DNA of 64,000 bases from Parcubacteria group bacterium Gr01-1014_30 (GCA_007376185.1 VMFS01000001.1:10768-74767), one strand, 5' to 3'; positions 19,234-28,957 are shown, numbered from the stretch's first letter. A program made the numbers and translations. Notes: a model not told the origin generated them from the sequence alone.

Positions 19234-19890
19234 ATGCGCCGTTCCGTTAATTTTTCCGTACCGATTTTTACGGCTTTGTTGCTTTTCGTGGCAGCACCTT
19301 TGCTGTTGTTCAGTTCAACATACCTATTCTACCAAGAGGCAATTAAACAACTGACTGCCGAAGGCTTTTGGCTGGAGGCAGATTTAGAGTTGGTGAAGGA
19401 AGCTACGCTTAAGATAGCTCTATGGCAGGGCGTGGCCGTCTTTATTGTTTTAACCTTAGTGTATTTAGTTTTGTATCTTGTTTGGTATGCGGTAATATTA
19501 GCCCCCTTGCGCCGACTCTACAAAACCATACTAAGGGTACGGCAAGGAGACATAGAAGCCAAAGCCGAGATTCGCGCAAAAAACGAAATTGGAGAACTGG
19601 CCAACTCATTCAACGAGATGGTCAACGAGCTGAAAAAATACCAGGCGGACTTGCAGGAGACAAAACAGTCGCTGGAAATAAGAGTTGCATCCAGGACAAG
19701 GGAGTTACAAGAGATTGCCGACACTCGGGAAGAAACAATCAAAGCGAGAACCAGAGACCTTCAGGCCAAAGTAGACGAACTGGAAAGGTTTCACAATTTA
19801 ACAGTGGGCAGAGAGTTAAAGATGATAGAATTAAAAAAGGAAATAGCTAAACTGAAAGAAGAGTTGTTAAAGAATAAACCCCGCCCTTGA
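19234..19890 (+). CDS. Membrane HAMP-domain protein with coiled-coil tail, no kinase domain
   Basis: 2 TMs, HAMP (NEIGELANSFNEM), ends VGRELKMIELKKEI. Confidence 0.85.
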   Translation: MRRSVNFSVPIFTALLLFVAAPLLLFSSTYLFYQEAIKQLTAEGFWLEADLELVKEATLKIALWQGVAVFIVLTLVYLVLYLVWYAVILAPLRRLYKTILRVRQGDIEAKAEIRAKNEIGELANSFNEMVNELKKYQADLQETKQSLEIRVASRTRELQEIADTREETIKARTRDLQAKVDELERFHNLTVGRELKMIELKKEIAKLKEELLKNKPRP

Positions 19891-19946
19891 AGTTGACCGC
19901 GCCAAGCGCGACTTATTATTTTTAATGTCAACTTCAAAGGCGGGGT
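19878..19946. repeat. Inverted-repeat element, CCCCG...CGGGG family
   Basis: ACCCCGCCCTTGAAGTTGAC...GTCAACTTCAAAGGCGGGGT; contains the HAMP gene stop codon. Confidence 0.8.
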
Positions 19947-19993
19947 AAAGGTCGAAAATAAATAATAAGCGTAACGCGGATTAAGCTCGTATT

Positions 19994-21178
19994 ATGACCA
20001 AAGCAGGAGTAGGTTTAAGTCAAAACTTGGACGACCACAGAAAGGCCGGTTTTGAAGCGGCCTCTCAAGCGGTGGAAAAACTGGGAGGTTTAGCGCCTTC
20101 CATTCTGTTTTGTTTCTCTTCCATTAAATACAATCAAGAAGAAGTGTTAAGGGGCATTAGAGAAGCTGCTCCCGCAGCTAGCATTGTGGGCGGAAGCGCT
20201 GCTGGCGAGATTACTTCTTGGTCAACCGTTTTTGACGGCGTAAATGTTTTGGCGATTTCTTCTAACTCAATAAGGTTTGTTACCGGGGTGGGAAAAGGAG
20301 TGTCAAAGGACAGTTTCAAAGCAGGAACCGCCGCGGCCAAAGACGTCGTGAGTAACTCTGGCGGCAAAAAACCAAATCTCTTTATTATGCTGCCAGACGG
20401 CATGACGGGAAACGGGGCGGCAATTGTTGACGGGATAAAGAGTGTCTTGGGAGAAAATGCTCCAATAATCGGCGGGTCCTTGGGCGATGACTACTTCTTC
20501 AAAAAAACATTTGAGTACCACCAAGACCAAGTGCTGACCGACTCAGTTGTCGGAGTAGGCCTTTACGGCAGTTTTGAGTACGGTTTTGGCATTAAACACG
20601 GCTGGGAGCCGGTAGGGCTTCCACTCAAGGTAACTAAAGCTGACGGAGTAAAACTGCAGGAGGTTGACGGAAAGCCGGCGCTCAAGGTTTACGAGGACTA
20701 TTTCGGTAAAGAAGCGGCTGAACTGGTTAGAGAACCCTTAGCGCGCATGGCTTACACATATCCTCTTGGTTTGGCGGTGGAGGGATCGGACGAACTTCTG
20801 ATTAGAGATCCGGTCATAGCCAACGAGAAAGGGGAAATTACCATGGCCTCGGCGATTCCCGAAGGCACGACCATAAGGCTTATGATCGGTGACCGCGATA
20901 AAGCCATTGTAGCTGCAAAAAAGGCGGCTCAGGTTGCGCGCGAACAACTAGAAGGGGCCGAACCCAAGTTCATCCTGATGTTTAACTGCATGGCTCGCAA
21001 TCGTCTTTTGGGCGTCAGGTGCCATGAAGAAAACGAAACCGTCTCTCAAGCCATTGGGTCTGGCGTTCCTATGAGCGGCTTTTATACCTACGGCGAGCAG
21101 GGACCGCTTCTCGGTAAAAAAGGAACGCCCGCATACTTCCACAACGAAACAATGACTTTGTTGGTAGTGGGCGAATAA
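19994..21178 (+). CDS. FIST N/C domain sensory protein (NosP-like)
   Basis: GGSAAGEI, IGGSLGDD, HGWEPVG, FNCMAR, GFYTYGEQ, HNET. Confidence 0.9.
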   Translation: MTKAGVGLSQNLDDHRKAGFEAASQAVEKLGGLAPSILFCFSSIKYNQEEVLRGIREAAPAASIVGGSAAGEITSWSTVFDGVNVLAISSNSIRFVTGVGKGVSKDSFKAGTAAAKDVVSNSGGKKPNLFIMLPDGMTGNGAAIVDGIKSVLGENAPIIGGSLGDDYFFKKTFEYHQDQVLTDSVVGVGLYGSFEYGFGIKHGWEPVGLPLKVTKADGVKLQEVDGKPALKVYEDYFGKEAAELVREPLARMAYTYPLGLAVEGSDELLIRDPVIANEKGEITMASAIPEGTTIRLMIGDRDKAIVAAKKAAQVAREQLEGAEPKFILMFNCMARNRLLGVRCHEENETVSQAIGSGVPMSGFYTYGEQGPLLGKKGTPAYFHNETMTLLVVGE

Positions 21179-21179
21179 G

Positions 21180-22511
21180 ATGAATAAGGTTCAGCGAACG
21201 GCGTCTCCTTTAGCGAAGCGAAACGCGGGGGTAAAGGAAATAAAACGGCTCCGAAATACGTTGAGAGTGCGTGATTTGGAGTTGGCCGAACTTAAAAAAA
21301 AACACGCCATTGACCTGCAAGAACTGGATAAAGTCGCCAAAATGCTGGTGCAGCGAGACCTGGAGCGTTCGCAGATAACAGAAAAGAGGGAAGACGAGTT
21401 AAAGCAGTTAAAGGAATCGCGCGCGGCGTTATTAAACATACTGGAGGACGCGCAAGCTGCAAGGAAGTTTGTCCAAGAAGAAAAAGAGAAAATTTCTGCA
21501 ATAATCGCCAACTTATCCGACGGACTTTTGTTGTTTGACGCTCAAGACCGATTGTCTATGGTTAATCCCCAGACGGAAAAAATTTTTGCCGTCAAAGAAC
21601 AAGACCTAATCGGCAAAACCATTCCACAGCTGGCTGCCTTTCCAGCTACAAGACCAGTGGTGATTCTGGTGAAAAACGAAGGGGAGAAAATTTTCAGAAA
21701 AGAAATCAAGCTAAGAGAAAAAATGACGCTGGAGGTTACAACCGTGCCTTTGACGATTGGAAAAAACCAGCTTTGGACCTTAGTGGTCTTGCACGACGTT
21801 ACCAGGGAAAAACTTATAGAAGAGATGAAAACCGAGTTCGTATCTCTTTCCGCGCACCAACTTAGAACACCTCTCTCGGCCATAAAGTGGACTTTAAGAT
21901 TACTTCTGGACGGAGAGCTGGGAAACATAACCCAGGAACAGCGAGGTTTTCTTGAAAAGACCTATCAGTCAAATGAACGAATGATTGCTTTGATTAATGA
22001 TCTCTTGAACGTTACCAGGATTGAAGAAGGAAGGTACCTTTCCAGGCGCGTCTTGATAGAGCTTGAACAGATCTTGCAGATTGTGGTAAACTCTTACAAG
22101 GAGGAGTCAAAGAGAACGAACATCGGATTTAAACTGGAAGTCTCAAAAGAACCTCTGCCTAAGGTGTTGGTTGATTTAGAGAAAATACAAGTAGCTATGC
22201 AGAATCTTCTTGATAACGCTTTCAGGTACACTAGGGCCGGGGGGCAAGTGACAGTTTCTTTGAAAAGTGATAAGAAAGAAGTAGAGCTCTCTGTAAAAGA
22301 TAGCGGAGTGGGGATCCCCAAAGACCAGCAAGAAAAAGTGTTTTCCAAGTTCTTCAGAGCCGCCAACGCGGTTAGAATAGAGGCGGAGGGTTCCGGACTT
22401 GGGCTTTTTATCGCCAAAAATATCGTTGAGTCGCACGGCGGCAGGATCTGGTTTGAATCCGAGGAAGGAAAAGGTTCAACGTTCTATTTCACTCTGCCGG
22501 TTGCAGGTTAA
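21180..22511 (+). CDS. Soluble PAS histidine kinase
   Basis: AHQLRTPL H-box, NLLDNA, DSGVGIP, GSGLGL; no TM segment. Confidence 0.93.
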   Translation: MNKVQRTASPLAKRNAGVKEIKRLRNTLRVRDLELAELKKKHAIDLQELDKVAKMLVQRDLERSQITEKREDELKQLKESRAALLNILEDAQAARKFVQEEKEKISAIIANLSDGLLLFDAQDRLSMVNPQTEKIFAVKEQDLIGKTIPQLAAFPATRPVVILVKNEGEKIFRKEIKLREKMTLEVTTVPLTIGKNQLWTLVVLHDVTREKLIEEMKTEFVSLSAHQLRTPLSAIKWTLRLLLDGELGNITQEQRGFLEKTYQSNERMIALINDLLNVTRIEEGRYLSRRVLIELEQILQIVVNSYKEESKRTNIGFKLEVSKEPLPKVLVDLEKIQVAMQNLLDNAFRYTRAGGQVTVSLKSDKKEVELSVKDSGVGIPKDQQEKVFSKFFRAANAVRIEAEGSGLGLFIAKNIVESHGGRIWFESEEGKGSTFYFTLPVAG

Positions 22512-22575
22512 ATAAAGGTATTATAAAATATATAAAGCTTCACTCCGCTCAGTACCATCTTAATCAACACTTTTT

Positions 22576-22944
22576 ATGAAAAAAATATTGCTTGTAGAGG
22601 ACGAAGAGATTATTTTAGACCTCATAAAACGGAAGTTGTCCCAAGAGGGCTACGAAATCGCAAGTGCCAAGGACGGCGAAGAAGGGTTAAAGGCTATGAA
22701 ACAGTTCAAGCCCGACCTTGTTTTGCTTGACGTCGTTATGCCCAAGCTTGGTGGTTTTGAGGTTATGGAAGAAATGAAAAAAGACGACCAGTTAAGAGAG
22801 ATGCCCGTGATCATTATTTCTAACTCGGGGCAGCCAGTGGAGATTGACAAAGCTAAAGAGCTGGGTGTCAAAGACTGGCTGATAAAAACAGAGTTTGACC
22901 CGCAGGAAGTAGTTGACAAAGTGGTCAATCAAATAGGTAAGTAA
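22576..22944 (+). CDS. Single-domain response regulator
   Basis: ILLVEDE, LLDVVMP..GG, SN, K. Confidence 0.93.
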   Translation: MKKILLVEDEEIILDLIKRKLSQEGYEIASAKDGEEGLKAMKQFKPDLVLLDVVMPKLGGFEVMEEMKKDDQLREMPVIIISNSGQPVEIDKAKELGVKDWLIKTEFDPQEVVDKVVNQIGK

Positions 22945-22986
22945 AGTACTTCGCTCTGCTCAGTATTATCTTAATCAACACTTTTT

Positions 22987-23349
22987 ATGAAAAAAATATT
23001 GATCATCGAGGACGATAAATTTTTAAGAGAGCTGATTGCCAGAAAACTTGAAAAGGAAGGGTACGAAACTCCGCAAGCCGTGGATGGAGAAGAAGGTTTT
23101 AAAAAAGTCGTGTCAGAAAAACCTGACTTAGTTCTGTTGGACCTTATACTGCCCGGTATTGACGGCTTTGAACTCCTGTCAAAGATAAAAAACGACGACC
23201 AGCTTTCACGCATTCCGGTGATAATCCTTTCCAATCTAGGGCAAAGAGAAGACGTTGACAAAGGACTTAGCCTAGGAGCCATTGATTATCTAATTAAAGC
23301 TCACTTCACTCCCGCAGAAATTATAGAAAAAGTCAAGAAAGTTTTATAG
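22987..23349 (+). CDS. Single-domain response regulator
   Basis: ILIIEDD, LLDLILPGIDG, SNL, IKA. Confidence 0.93.
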   Translation: MKKILIIEDDKFLRELIARKLEKEGYETPQAVDGEEGFKKVVSEKPDLVLLDLILPGIDGFELLSKIKNDDQLSRIPVIILSNLGQREDVDKGLSLGAIDYLIKAHFTPAEIIEKVKKVL

Positions 23350-23352
23350 TGA

Positions 23353-23484
23353 ACCCTGTTAGAAGTTTGCCATAATCAAGCACGTCAAATCTTGAACAAC
23401 TACTCTATTTGGTCACACCTACGTCAAAAAAAAAGGCCTTGGGTCTTTTTGGTTGATAACGCGTATGCAAACTTCTAACGGGGT
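23353..23484. repeat. Inverted-repeat element overlapping the GT2 start
   Basis: ACCCTGTTAGAAGTTTGC...GCAAACTTCTAACGGGGT. Confidence 0.75.
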
Positions 23485-25042
23485 GAATAAAAACGCGCGC
23501 CTATTTGCTGACAACTACCTGAAAGTCGGCAAGGCCTCGGATATTGCCCAAAGAAGGCAAAGAACGATCTACAGAACCTTTGAGATGCTTCCTGGGGGTC
23601 TCGCTTGGGGAGCTCTTTTTTTGGTTGTTTTCCTTTCCTGGAAAAGGCCTATTTGGATATCTTTTTTTATCATTGCTTTCGTTTTGTACTGGCTGACAAA
23701 GTCGGTTTATCTTTATTTTCACCTAAGGGGCGGCTACAAAAAAATGCGAGAGCATGAAAAAATTGACTGGCTTGAAAAACTTAAGGGTTTGAAGTTTGGA
23801 GACTGGGAAGACATATATCATTTGGTTATTTTCCCTATGTATCTTGAGTCACTAGAGATAATCCGCGAGAGTTTTTTGGCTTTGCAAAAATCAGACTACC
23901 CAAAAGATAAACTGATTGTTGTCCTGGGATGCGAAGAAAGGGTAAGCCAACACGCTCAAATCGTTGCCTCGGCAATTCAAGAGGAGTTCGGCTCCAAATT
24001 TTTCAGGTTACTGATTACTTGGCACCCGGACGACCTGCCTGGCGAAATTCCAGGGCACGGCTCAAACGAGACCTGGGCCGCAAAAAAAGCCAAAGAGCAA
24101 GTTATAGATAAGCTGGCAATTCCATACCAGAACGTCATTGTTTCCTCTTTTGACGCCGACTGCCAAGTTTTTCCAAAATACTTCAGCTGTCTGACATGGC
24201 ACTACTTAACCGCAAAAAGGCCTCTGCGCACAAGTTTTCAGCCCTTACCCCTTTATATAAACAACGTCTGGCAAGCCCCTATTTTTTCTCAAATTTTCGC
24301 TTTTTCGGCGAGTTTTTGGCACACCATGAACCAAGAAAGGCCCGACAAACTCATCAGCTTTTCCTCGCACGCTCTTCCATTCCAAGCCCTCTTTGAAGTC
24401 GGTTTCAAACAGACCAACGTGGTTTCGGACGACTCCAGAATTTTTTGGCAGTGTTTTTTGCACTATGATGGAGACTACAGGGTACAGCCTCTTTACTACC
24501 TGGTTTCCATGGACGCAAACTGCGCGAAAAACTTTTTTAAGACGGTTGTCAACACTTACCGCCAACAAAGAAGATGGGCGTGGGGTGTTGTTGAGATTCC
24601 CTACTTTCTTTTCGGTTTTTTAAAGAACAAAAAGATTCCTCTTTCAAGGAAATTTTCGCTTGGGTCAGAAGTAATAGCCGGCCATTTTTCGTGGGCAACC
24701 GCGCCCATCTTAATATTTCTTTTAGGTTGGCTACCTCTGGTTTTGGGAGGACCTGATTTTTCACAAGCCCTCATCTCTTATAATCTGCCAAAGATTGTCA
24801 GCAGAATACTTACCTTGAGCATACTGGGATTGGCGATTTCGGCTTATCTGAGCATTATGCTTTTGCCGCCCAAACCCCTGGACTTGGGCCGCTTTAGATA
24901 CTTGGTTTTCGGTTTAGGGTGGCTTCTGGTCCCGGTGATGATGATTTTTTTCTCCGCGCTCCCGGCTCTTGACGCTCAGACCCGTTTGATGCTGGCTAAA
25001 TACATGGGTTTCTGGTCAACCGAAAAAGTGCGAAAATCATAG
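23453..25042 (+). CDS. Membrane GT2-family glycosyltransferase (start may be 23465 or 23483)
   Basis: FDAD, SDD and QQRRWAWG (D,D,D,QxxRW pattern) with flanking TMs. Confidence 0.85.
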   Translation: MITRMQTSNGVNKNARLFADNYLKVGKASDIAQRRQRTIYRTFEMLPGGLAWGALFLVVFLSWKRPIWISFFIIAFVLYWLTKSVYLYFHLRGGYKKMREHEKIDWLEKLKGLKFGDWEDIYHLVIFPMYLESLEIIRESFLALQKSDYPKDKLIVVLGCEERVSQHAQIVASAIQEEFGSKFFRLLITWHPDDLPGEIPGHGSNETWAAKKAKEQVIDKLAIPYQNVIVSSFDADCQVFPKYFSCLTWHYLTAKRPLRTSFQPLPLYINNVWQAPIFSQIFAFSASFWHTMNQERPDKLISFSSHALPFQALFEVGFKQTNVVSDDSRIFWQCFLHYDGDYRVQPLYYLVSMDANCAKNFFKTVVNTYRQQRRWAWGVVEIPYFLFGFLKNKKIPLSRKFSLGSEVIAGHFSWATAPILIFLLGWLPLVLGGPDFSQALISYNLPKIVSRILTLSILGLAISAYLSIMLLPPKPLDLGRFRYLVFGLGWLLVPVMMIFFSALPALDAQTRLMLAKYMGFWSTEKVRKS

Positions 25043-25051
25043 ATTTTCGCA

Positions 25052-25153
25052 CTTTTAGAATTCAGAATCTTGAATTTTGAATTTAGGGAGGCCTTCCCTC
25101 TATTCCACATTCTGTATTCCAATTCCAGATTCTATATTCTAAATTCTAGATTC
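25052..25153. repeat. 7-bp periodic inverted array between convergent genes
   Basis: (TAGAATT)-like units then (ATTCTAA/ATTCCAG)-like units. Confidence 0.7.
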
Positions 25154-27295
25154 TTACTCAAGATGCACTCTTTCCCTAAACTCTCTTAACCTCTCCCTTA
25201 ATAAGGGGTATTTTTCTAATTCCGGGTCCAAGTGCAAAATGTCTTTTGCTTCGTTTCTCGCTTTCTCAACCAAAGAAACGTCAGCTAAGGAAGCCATTGC
25301 CAAATCTGGCAGACCCCACTGCCTCTGCCCGGAAAAGTCGCCAGGTCCCCTTATCTTCAGATCCTTTTCAGCCAACTCAAACCCGCTGTCTGAAGACACT
25401 AAAGCGCGCAAACGCCTATTGGTGATTAAGCCCGGTGATTCGGTAAACAAAAAACACCAGGACTGCTCTTGCCCTCTCCCAACCCTGCCGCGAAACTGGT
25501 GAAGCTGGGCCAAGCCGAACTTCTCCGCTCCCTCAATAAGCATTATGGTGGCGTTGGGTATGTCAACTCCAACCTCAACCACCGACGTTGCCACGAGCAC
25601 GTCTATTTCCCCTTCTTTGAAGTTCTGCATAACTTGTTCTTTTTCTTTTGTTTTCATTTTGCCGTGAAGCATGCCGACTTTCAGGTCGGGAAAAACGTCT
25701 TTGGAGAGCTTCTCATACTCTTGTTTCACCGCTTTTACGTCCAACCAACTGAACTGCCTTTGACTAACCTGCCCGTTTAATTGGCCATTAGAAGTTTTGG
25801 AGGGTTCAATTCTCGGGCATATCACAAAGACCTGCCTTCCTGCCTTTACTTTTTCTCTTATAAACTCGTAGGTCTCTCTTTTTTCTTGCGGTTTCACTAT
25901 TTTTGTGATTACTTTTTTCCTGCCCTCGGGCATTTCATCAAGCAGAGACAAGTCAAGGTCGCCAAAAACCGTCAAAGACAAAGTGCGCGGTATGGGGGTT
26001 GCGGTCATAGAAAGCAGGTGCGGAATGAGTTTTGCTTGCCCGCCGTAGCCTCGGCAGAGGCGGGCCCTTTGCTCTACTCCGAAGCGGTGCTGTTCGTCCA
26101 CAACCACAAGGGCAAGATTCGGAAACTTCACCCCTTCCTGAATCAAAGCATGCGTTCCTACGGTAACGTCGGCTTCTTCTTTGATTTTTTTCTTGCCAGT
26201 CATAAGACCTACTTTTATATCAAACACGGCTAGCAGTCTGTCAAAAGTGTCGTAATGTTGGTTTGCCAAAATTTCAGTTGGCGCCATAAACGCGGTTTGA
26301 AAGCCGGCTTTGACGACATTCAAAATTGCAATTGCCGCAACCACGGTTTTACCGGAACCCACGTCACCCTCCAGCAAACGGTTCATGGGTCTTGGTTTTT
26401 CCAAGTCCTTTAAAATCTGCCAAGCGGCTTTCTTTTGAGCTGAAGTTAACTTAAAAGGCAATCCTCCTACAAACTCTTTAATCACTCCCAAATTAAGCGG
26501 TACGGCCTGGGCTTTTTCTTTCGCAAGTTTCAGTCGTTCTCGCAAAACAAAAATAGATAGTTCAAACAACTCTTCAAAAGCGAAGCGTTTTTTAGCTTCT
26601 TGCGAGGACTCAAGATTGTCGGGGAAATGAATCTGCCACAAGGCCTGGTTAAGAGGCAAAAAATCAAACTTTTGTCTTATTGTTTGGGGCAAGGGATCTG
26701 GCAACTTGTCTTTTATTTCCAAAAGCACGGGTTTTACTATAAATCTCAGCCACTTTGACGACAGTCCTTCGGTTTCCGGATAAACAGGAATGAGACGTCC
26801 TGTATGCGTTAAGTTGGAATTTGGAATTTGGAGTTTGTTTAGAACTTCGGATTTAGGATTTCGGATTTTCTCATAAGCCGGGCCTGATAAATACATAGCC
26901 CTTCCTTTTTTGGTCACTTTGCCAGCCAAACAAACGTAGTCGCCCTTTTTGAAAGTGCTAATTAAATACGGCTGGTTGAACCAAATTGCTTTTAAAGTTC
27001 CGGTTTGGTCTTTTAAGGTCGCTTGGGTCAAAACCATTCTTTTCCTGAAAGTCCTTATGTTTTTTAGGTCGGTGATTTCGCCCTGAAAACAAAAAGGCTT
27101 GCCCGAGGAAGCTTCAGCGAAGGCGGGGCCGCCTTCTTCAATGTGAGCTATCGGAATAAGATTTGAGAAGTCCTCGTAGCGGTGAGGAAAGTGAAAAATA
27201 ATGTCGCGCACCGTTTTGATGCCCAAGCGCTTTAGCCGTTTTTGATACCAGGGCCCAACTCGCGGCACTTTTTCAACGGGAGTTGAGAGTTCCAT
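25154..27295 (-). CDS. recG: ATP-dependent DNA helicase RecG
   Basis: EGDVGSGKT, DEQHRFG, TATPIPRTL, QLHQFRGRVGRG, RGPGD. Confidence 0.97.
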   Translation of the reverse strand: MELSTPVEKVPRVGPWYQKRLKRLGIKTVRDIIFHFPHRYEDFSNLIPIAHIEEGGPAFAEASSGKPFCFQGEITDLKNIRTFRKRMVLTQATLKDQTGTLKAIWFNQPYLISTFKKGDYVCLAGKVTKKGRAMYLSGPAYEKIRNPKSEVLNKLQIPNSNLTHTGRLIPVYPETEGLSSKWLRFIVKPVLLEIKDKLPDPLPQTIRQKFDFLPLNQALWQIHFPDNLESSQEAKKRFAFEELFELSIFVLRERLKLAKEKAQAVPLNLGVIKEFVGGLPFKLTSAQKKAAWQILKDLEKPRPMNRLLEGDVGSGKTVVAAIAILNVVKAGFQTAFMAPTEILANQHYDTFDRLLAVFDIKVGLMTGKKKIKEEADVTVGTHALIQEGVKFPNLALVVVDEQHRFGVEQRARLCRGYGGQAKLIPHLLSMTATPIPRTLSLTVFGDLDLSLLDEMPEGRKKVITKIVKPQEKRETYEFIREKVKAGRQVFVICPRIEPSKTSNGQLNGQVSQRQFSWLDVKAVKQEYEKLSKDVFPDLKVGMLHGKMKTKEKEQVMQNFKEGEIDVLVATSVVEVGVDIPNATIMLIEGAEKFGLAQLHQFRGRVGRGQEQSWCFLFTESPGLITNRRLRALVSSDSGFELAEKDLKIRGPGDFSGQRQWGLPDLAMASLADVSLVEKARNEAKDILHLDPELEKYPLLRERLREFRERVHLE

Positions 27296-27305
27296 AATGC
27301 TTGAA

Positions 27306-28145
27306 CTAAGTAGAATGCCAAATAAGCTCTAAAATGTCTTGCAAGTTCTGCTCTTCAATAAACTCTGAGCGGTCATCTCTGTTATGGTAATGTTTCATAA
27401 TTTTCGGAACTTTGCCTCTGCCCAATAGGTTATACCTTAAAAGTTCAAAGGCAAATCGCAGTTTAGCTTTACCTCTAAAGAGTGGCTCTAAAAAAGGCGT
27501 GTCTTCTTTGGGAAAGGTAGTTAAAGAAACGGCCTGCTCAAAACCAGCTTCAATAAAAGAATGGTGGTCTGAAACGAAGCCGCGTTCAACTGGAAAACTG
27601 ATTAGCGGTATTCTGCTCAAAGGCAAGTGGATAACGGAAAATCCTAAATTTTCAGCAATCTGCGATACCGGCTTCAACCGACCCGTCTTTGTGCTTGGCC
27701 AAAACAACAGCATGCGCCCCATACCCACGCCTTCCAAATTGTAAACTTTTTCCAAATCAGCTATGCCAAACTCTTTCACGTACACTTTTGACCCGCCACG
27801 AACGGCCCAGCCGTCTTCCAAATCAAAGAAAATAAATCTAAGCTGAGCGTTTTTTGGTCTTTGCAACAAACGTTCCAAAAAGCCCAAAAGCACAGAGACG
27901 CCTGAAGCGTTATCGTTGGCTCCCGGCGTCCTGAACCAAGCGTTATAATGGGCAGTCAAAAGAGTTCTTTTGCCGCCGTAGCTTTTGTTAAAAGGATAAT
28001 CAACAATAATGTTTTGTCCTCTTGCCAATAGCGTTTTAAACTGCTGAACAGAAAAAGGGATGTTTCTTTGCTGAAAAAAACTTTTGATATACTCTCCTTT
28101 TTGCTGGTTATTTCTAGCCTCCAGCTCTTGTATGTACTTGTTCAT
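27306..28145 (-). CDS. M28 family peptidase
   Basis: TAHY, PGANDNASG, DLED, SDH, YH. Confidence 0.85.
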   Translation of the reverse strand: MNKYIQELEARNNQQKGEYIKSFFQQRNIPFSVQQFKTLLARGQNIIVDYPFNKSYGGKRTLLTAHYNAWFRTPGANDNASGVSVLLGFLERLLQRPKNAQLRFIFFDLEDGWAVRGGSKVYVKEFGIADLEKVYNLEGVGMGRMLLFWPSTKTGRLKPVSQIAENLGFSVIHLPLSRIPLISFPVERGFVSDHHSFIEAGFEQAVSLTTFPKEDTPFLEPLFRGKAKLRFAFELLRYNLLGRGKVPKIMKHYHNRDDRSEFIEEQNLQDILELIWHST

Positions 28146-28218
28146 CTCTAGCCCGTGTATCTCTCTCTAAAGTACTATAAATTTTCTCAAAAATCAACTC
28201 GACTACAGTGATTGAATC

Positions 28219-28278
28219 TTGACCTCAGCAAGAATAGTAATATACTAATAAATAAGCATATGCATAATTATTAGTACA
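28219..28278 (+). promoter_or_regulatory. Promoter overlapped by a palindromic repeat (copy 1)
   Basis: TTGACC-16-TATACT; TATACTAATA...TATTAGTACA. Confidence 0.6.
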
Positions 28279-28283
28279 AGCTA

Positions 28284-28850
28284 ATGCGAAAGGTTACGAA
28301 AATAAAAATAAAATACTATTCTAAGGAAACCTTAAAATATTTGCTTTTAGCGGGAGTAATTTACATTGCAGCTTCTAATCCACACTTTTCTTTGAGGATA
28401 GCTAAAAATCTCTCAAAGATACGCAAAGATTTATCCAAAGAGAAAGCGCGTAGATCATTTAACTACTTAAAGAACAGGGGGCTGGTTGAAATAAAAAAAG
28501 ATGGCCATGATGTTATTATTGCCTTGACCAAAGAAGGAAAAAAGATGGCCGGGAAGTATCAAATAAACGATTTGGAAATTGAAAGGCCAAAAAAGTGGGA
28601 CGGAAGGTATAGATTGGTCATTTTCGATATTCCCAATAGCACGGGATTTATTCGCAACGTTTTAAGAAGGAAGTTAAAGGAGTGGGGATTCTACTTTCTT
28701 CAAAGGAGTGTTTGGGTTCACGCGTTTGACTGTAAGGAGGAAGTAAAATTGCTTAAGGAATTTCTTGGATTAAGTAAAAAACAGGTTCAGTTTTTGGAAG
28801 TTAGCAGAATAGAAGACGATACTTACCTAAGAAAGTTCTTCAATCTCTAA
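28284..28850 (+). CDS. PaaX-like/Cas2-like protein (winged HTH plus ferredoxin-like domain)
   Basis: LTKEG wing, WDGRYRLVIFDIP, LRRKL..WGF..LQRSVWV. Confidence 0.8.
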   Translation: MRKVTKIKIKYYSKETLKYLLLAGVIYIAASNPHFSLRIAKNLSKIRKDLSKEKARRSFNYLKNRGLVEIKKDGHDVIIALTKEGKKMAGKYQINDLEIERPKKWDGRYRLVIFDIPNSTGFIRNVLRRKLKEWGFYFLQRSVWVHAFDCKEEVKLLKEFLGLSKKQVQFLEVSRIEDDTYLRKFFNL

Positions 28851-28889
28851 TATACTAATAAATATGCATATGGACAATCATTGGTATAT
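28848..28889 (+). repeat. Palindromic repeat (copy 2)
   Basis: TAATATACTAATAAATATGCATATG...ATTGGTATA, direct repeat of 28238-28278. Confidence 0.75.
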
Positions 28890-28957
28890 AACCTGCTTAA
28901 CGAGGTGGTGCCTGATTGCATGTTCATATTTGTTAAAAATTTTAGTATAATGCGCCA

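Noticed and set aside
28238..28889. CRISPR-Cas locus (Cas2-like protein plus repeats)
   Set aside because: Only two repeat copies 610 bp apart, no spacers and no other cas genes in the window.
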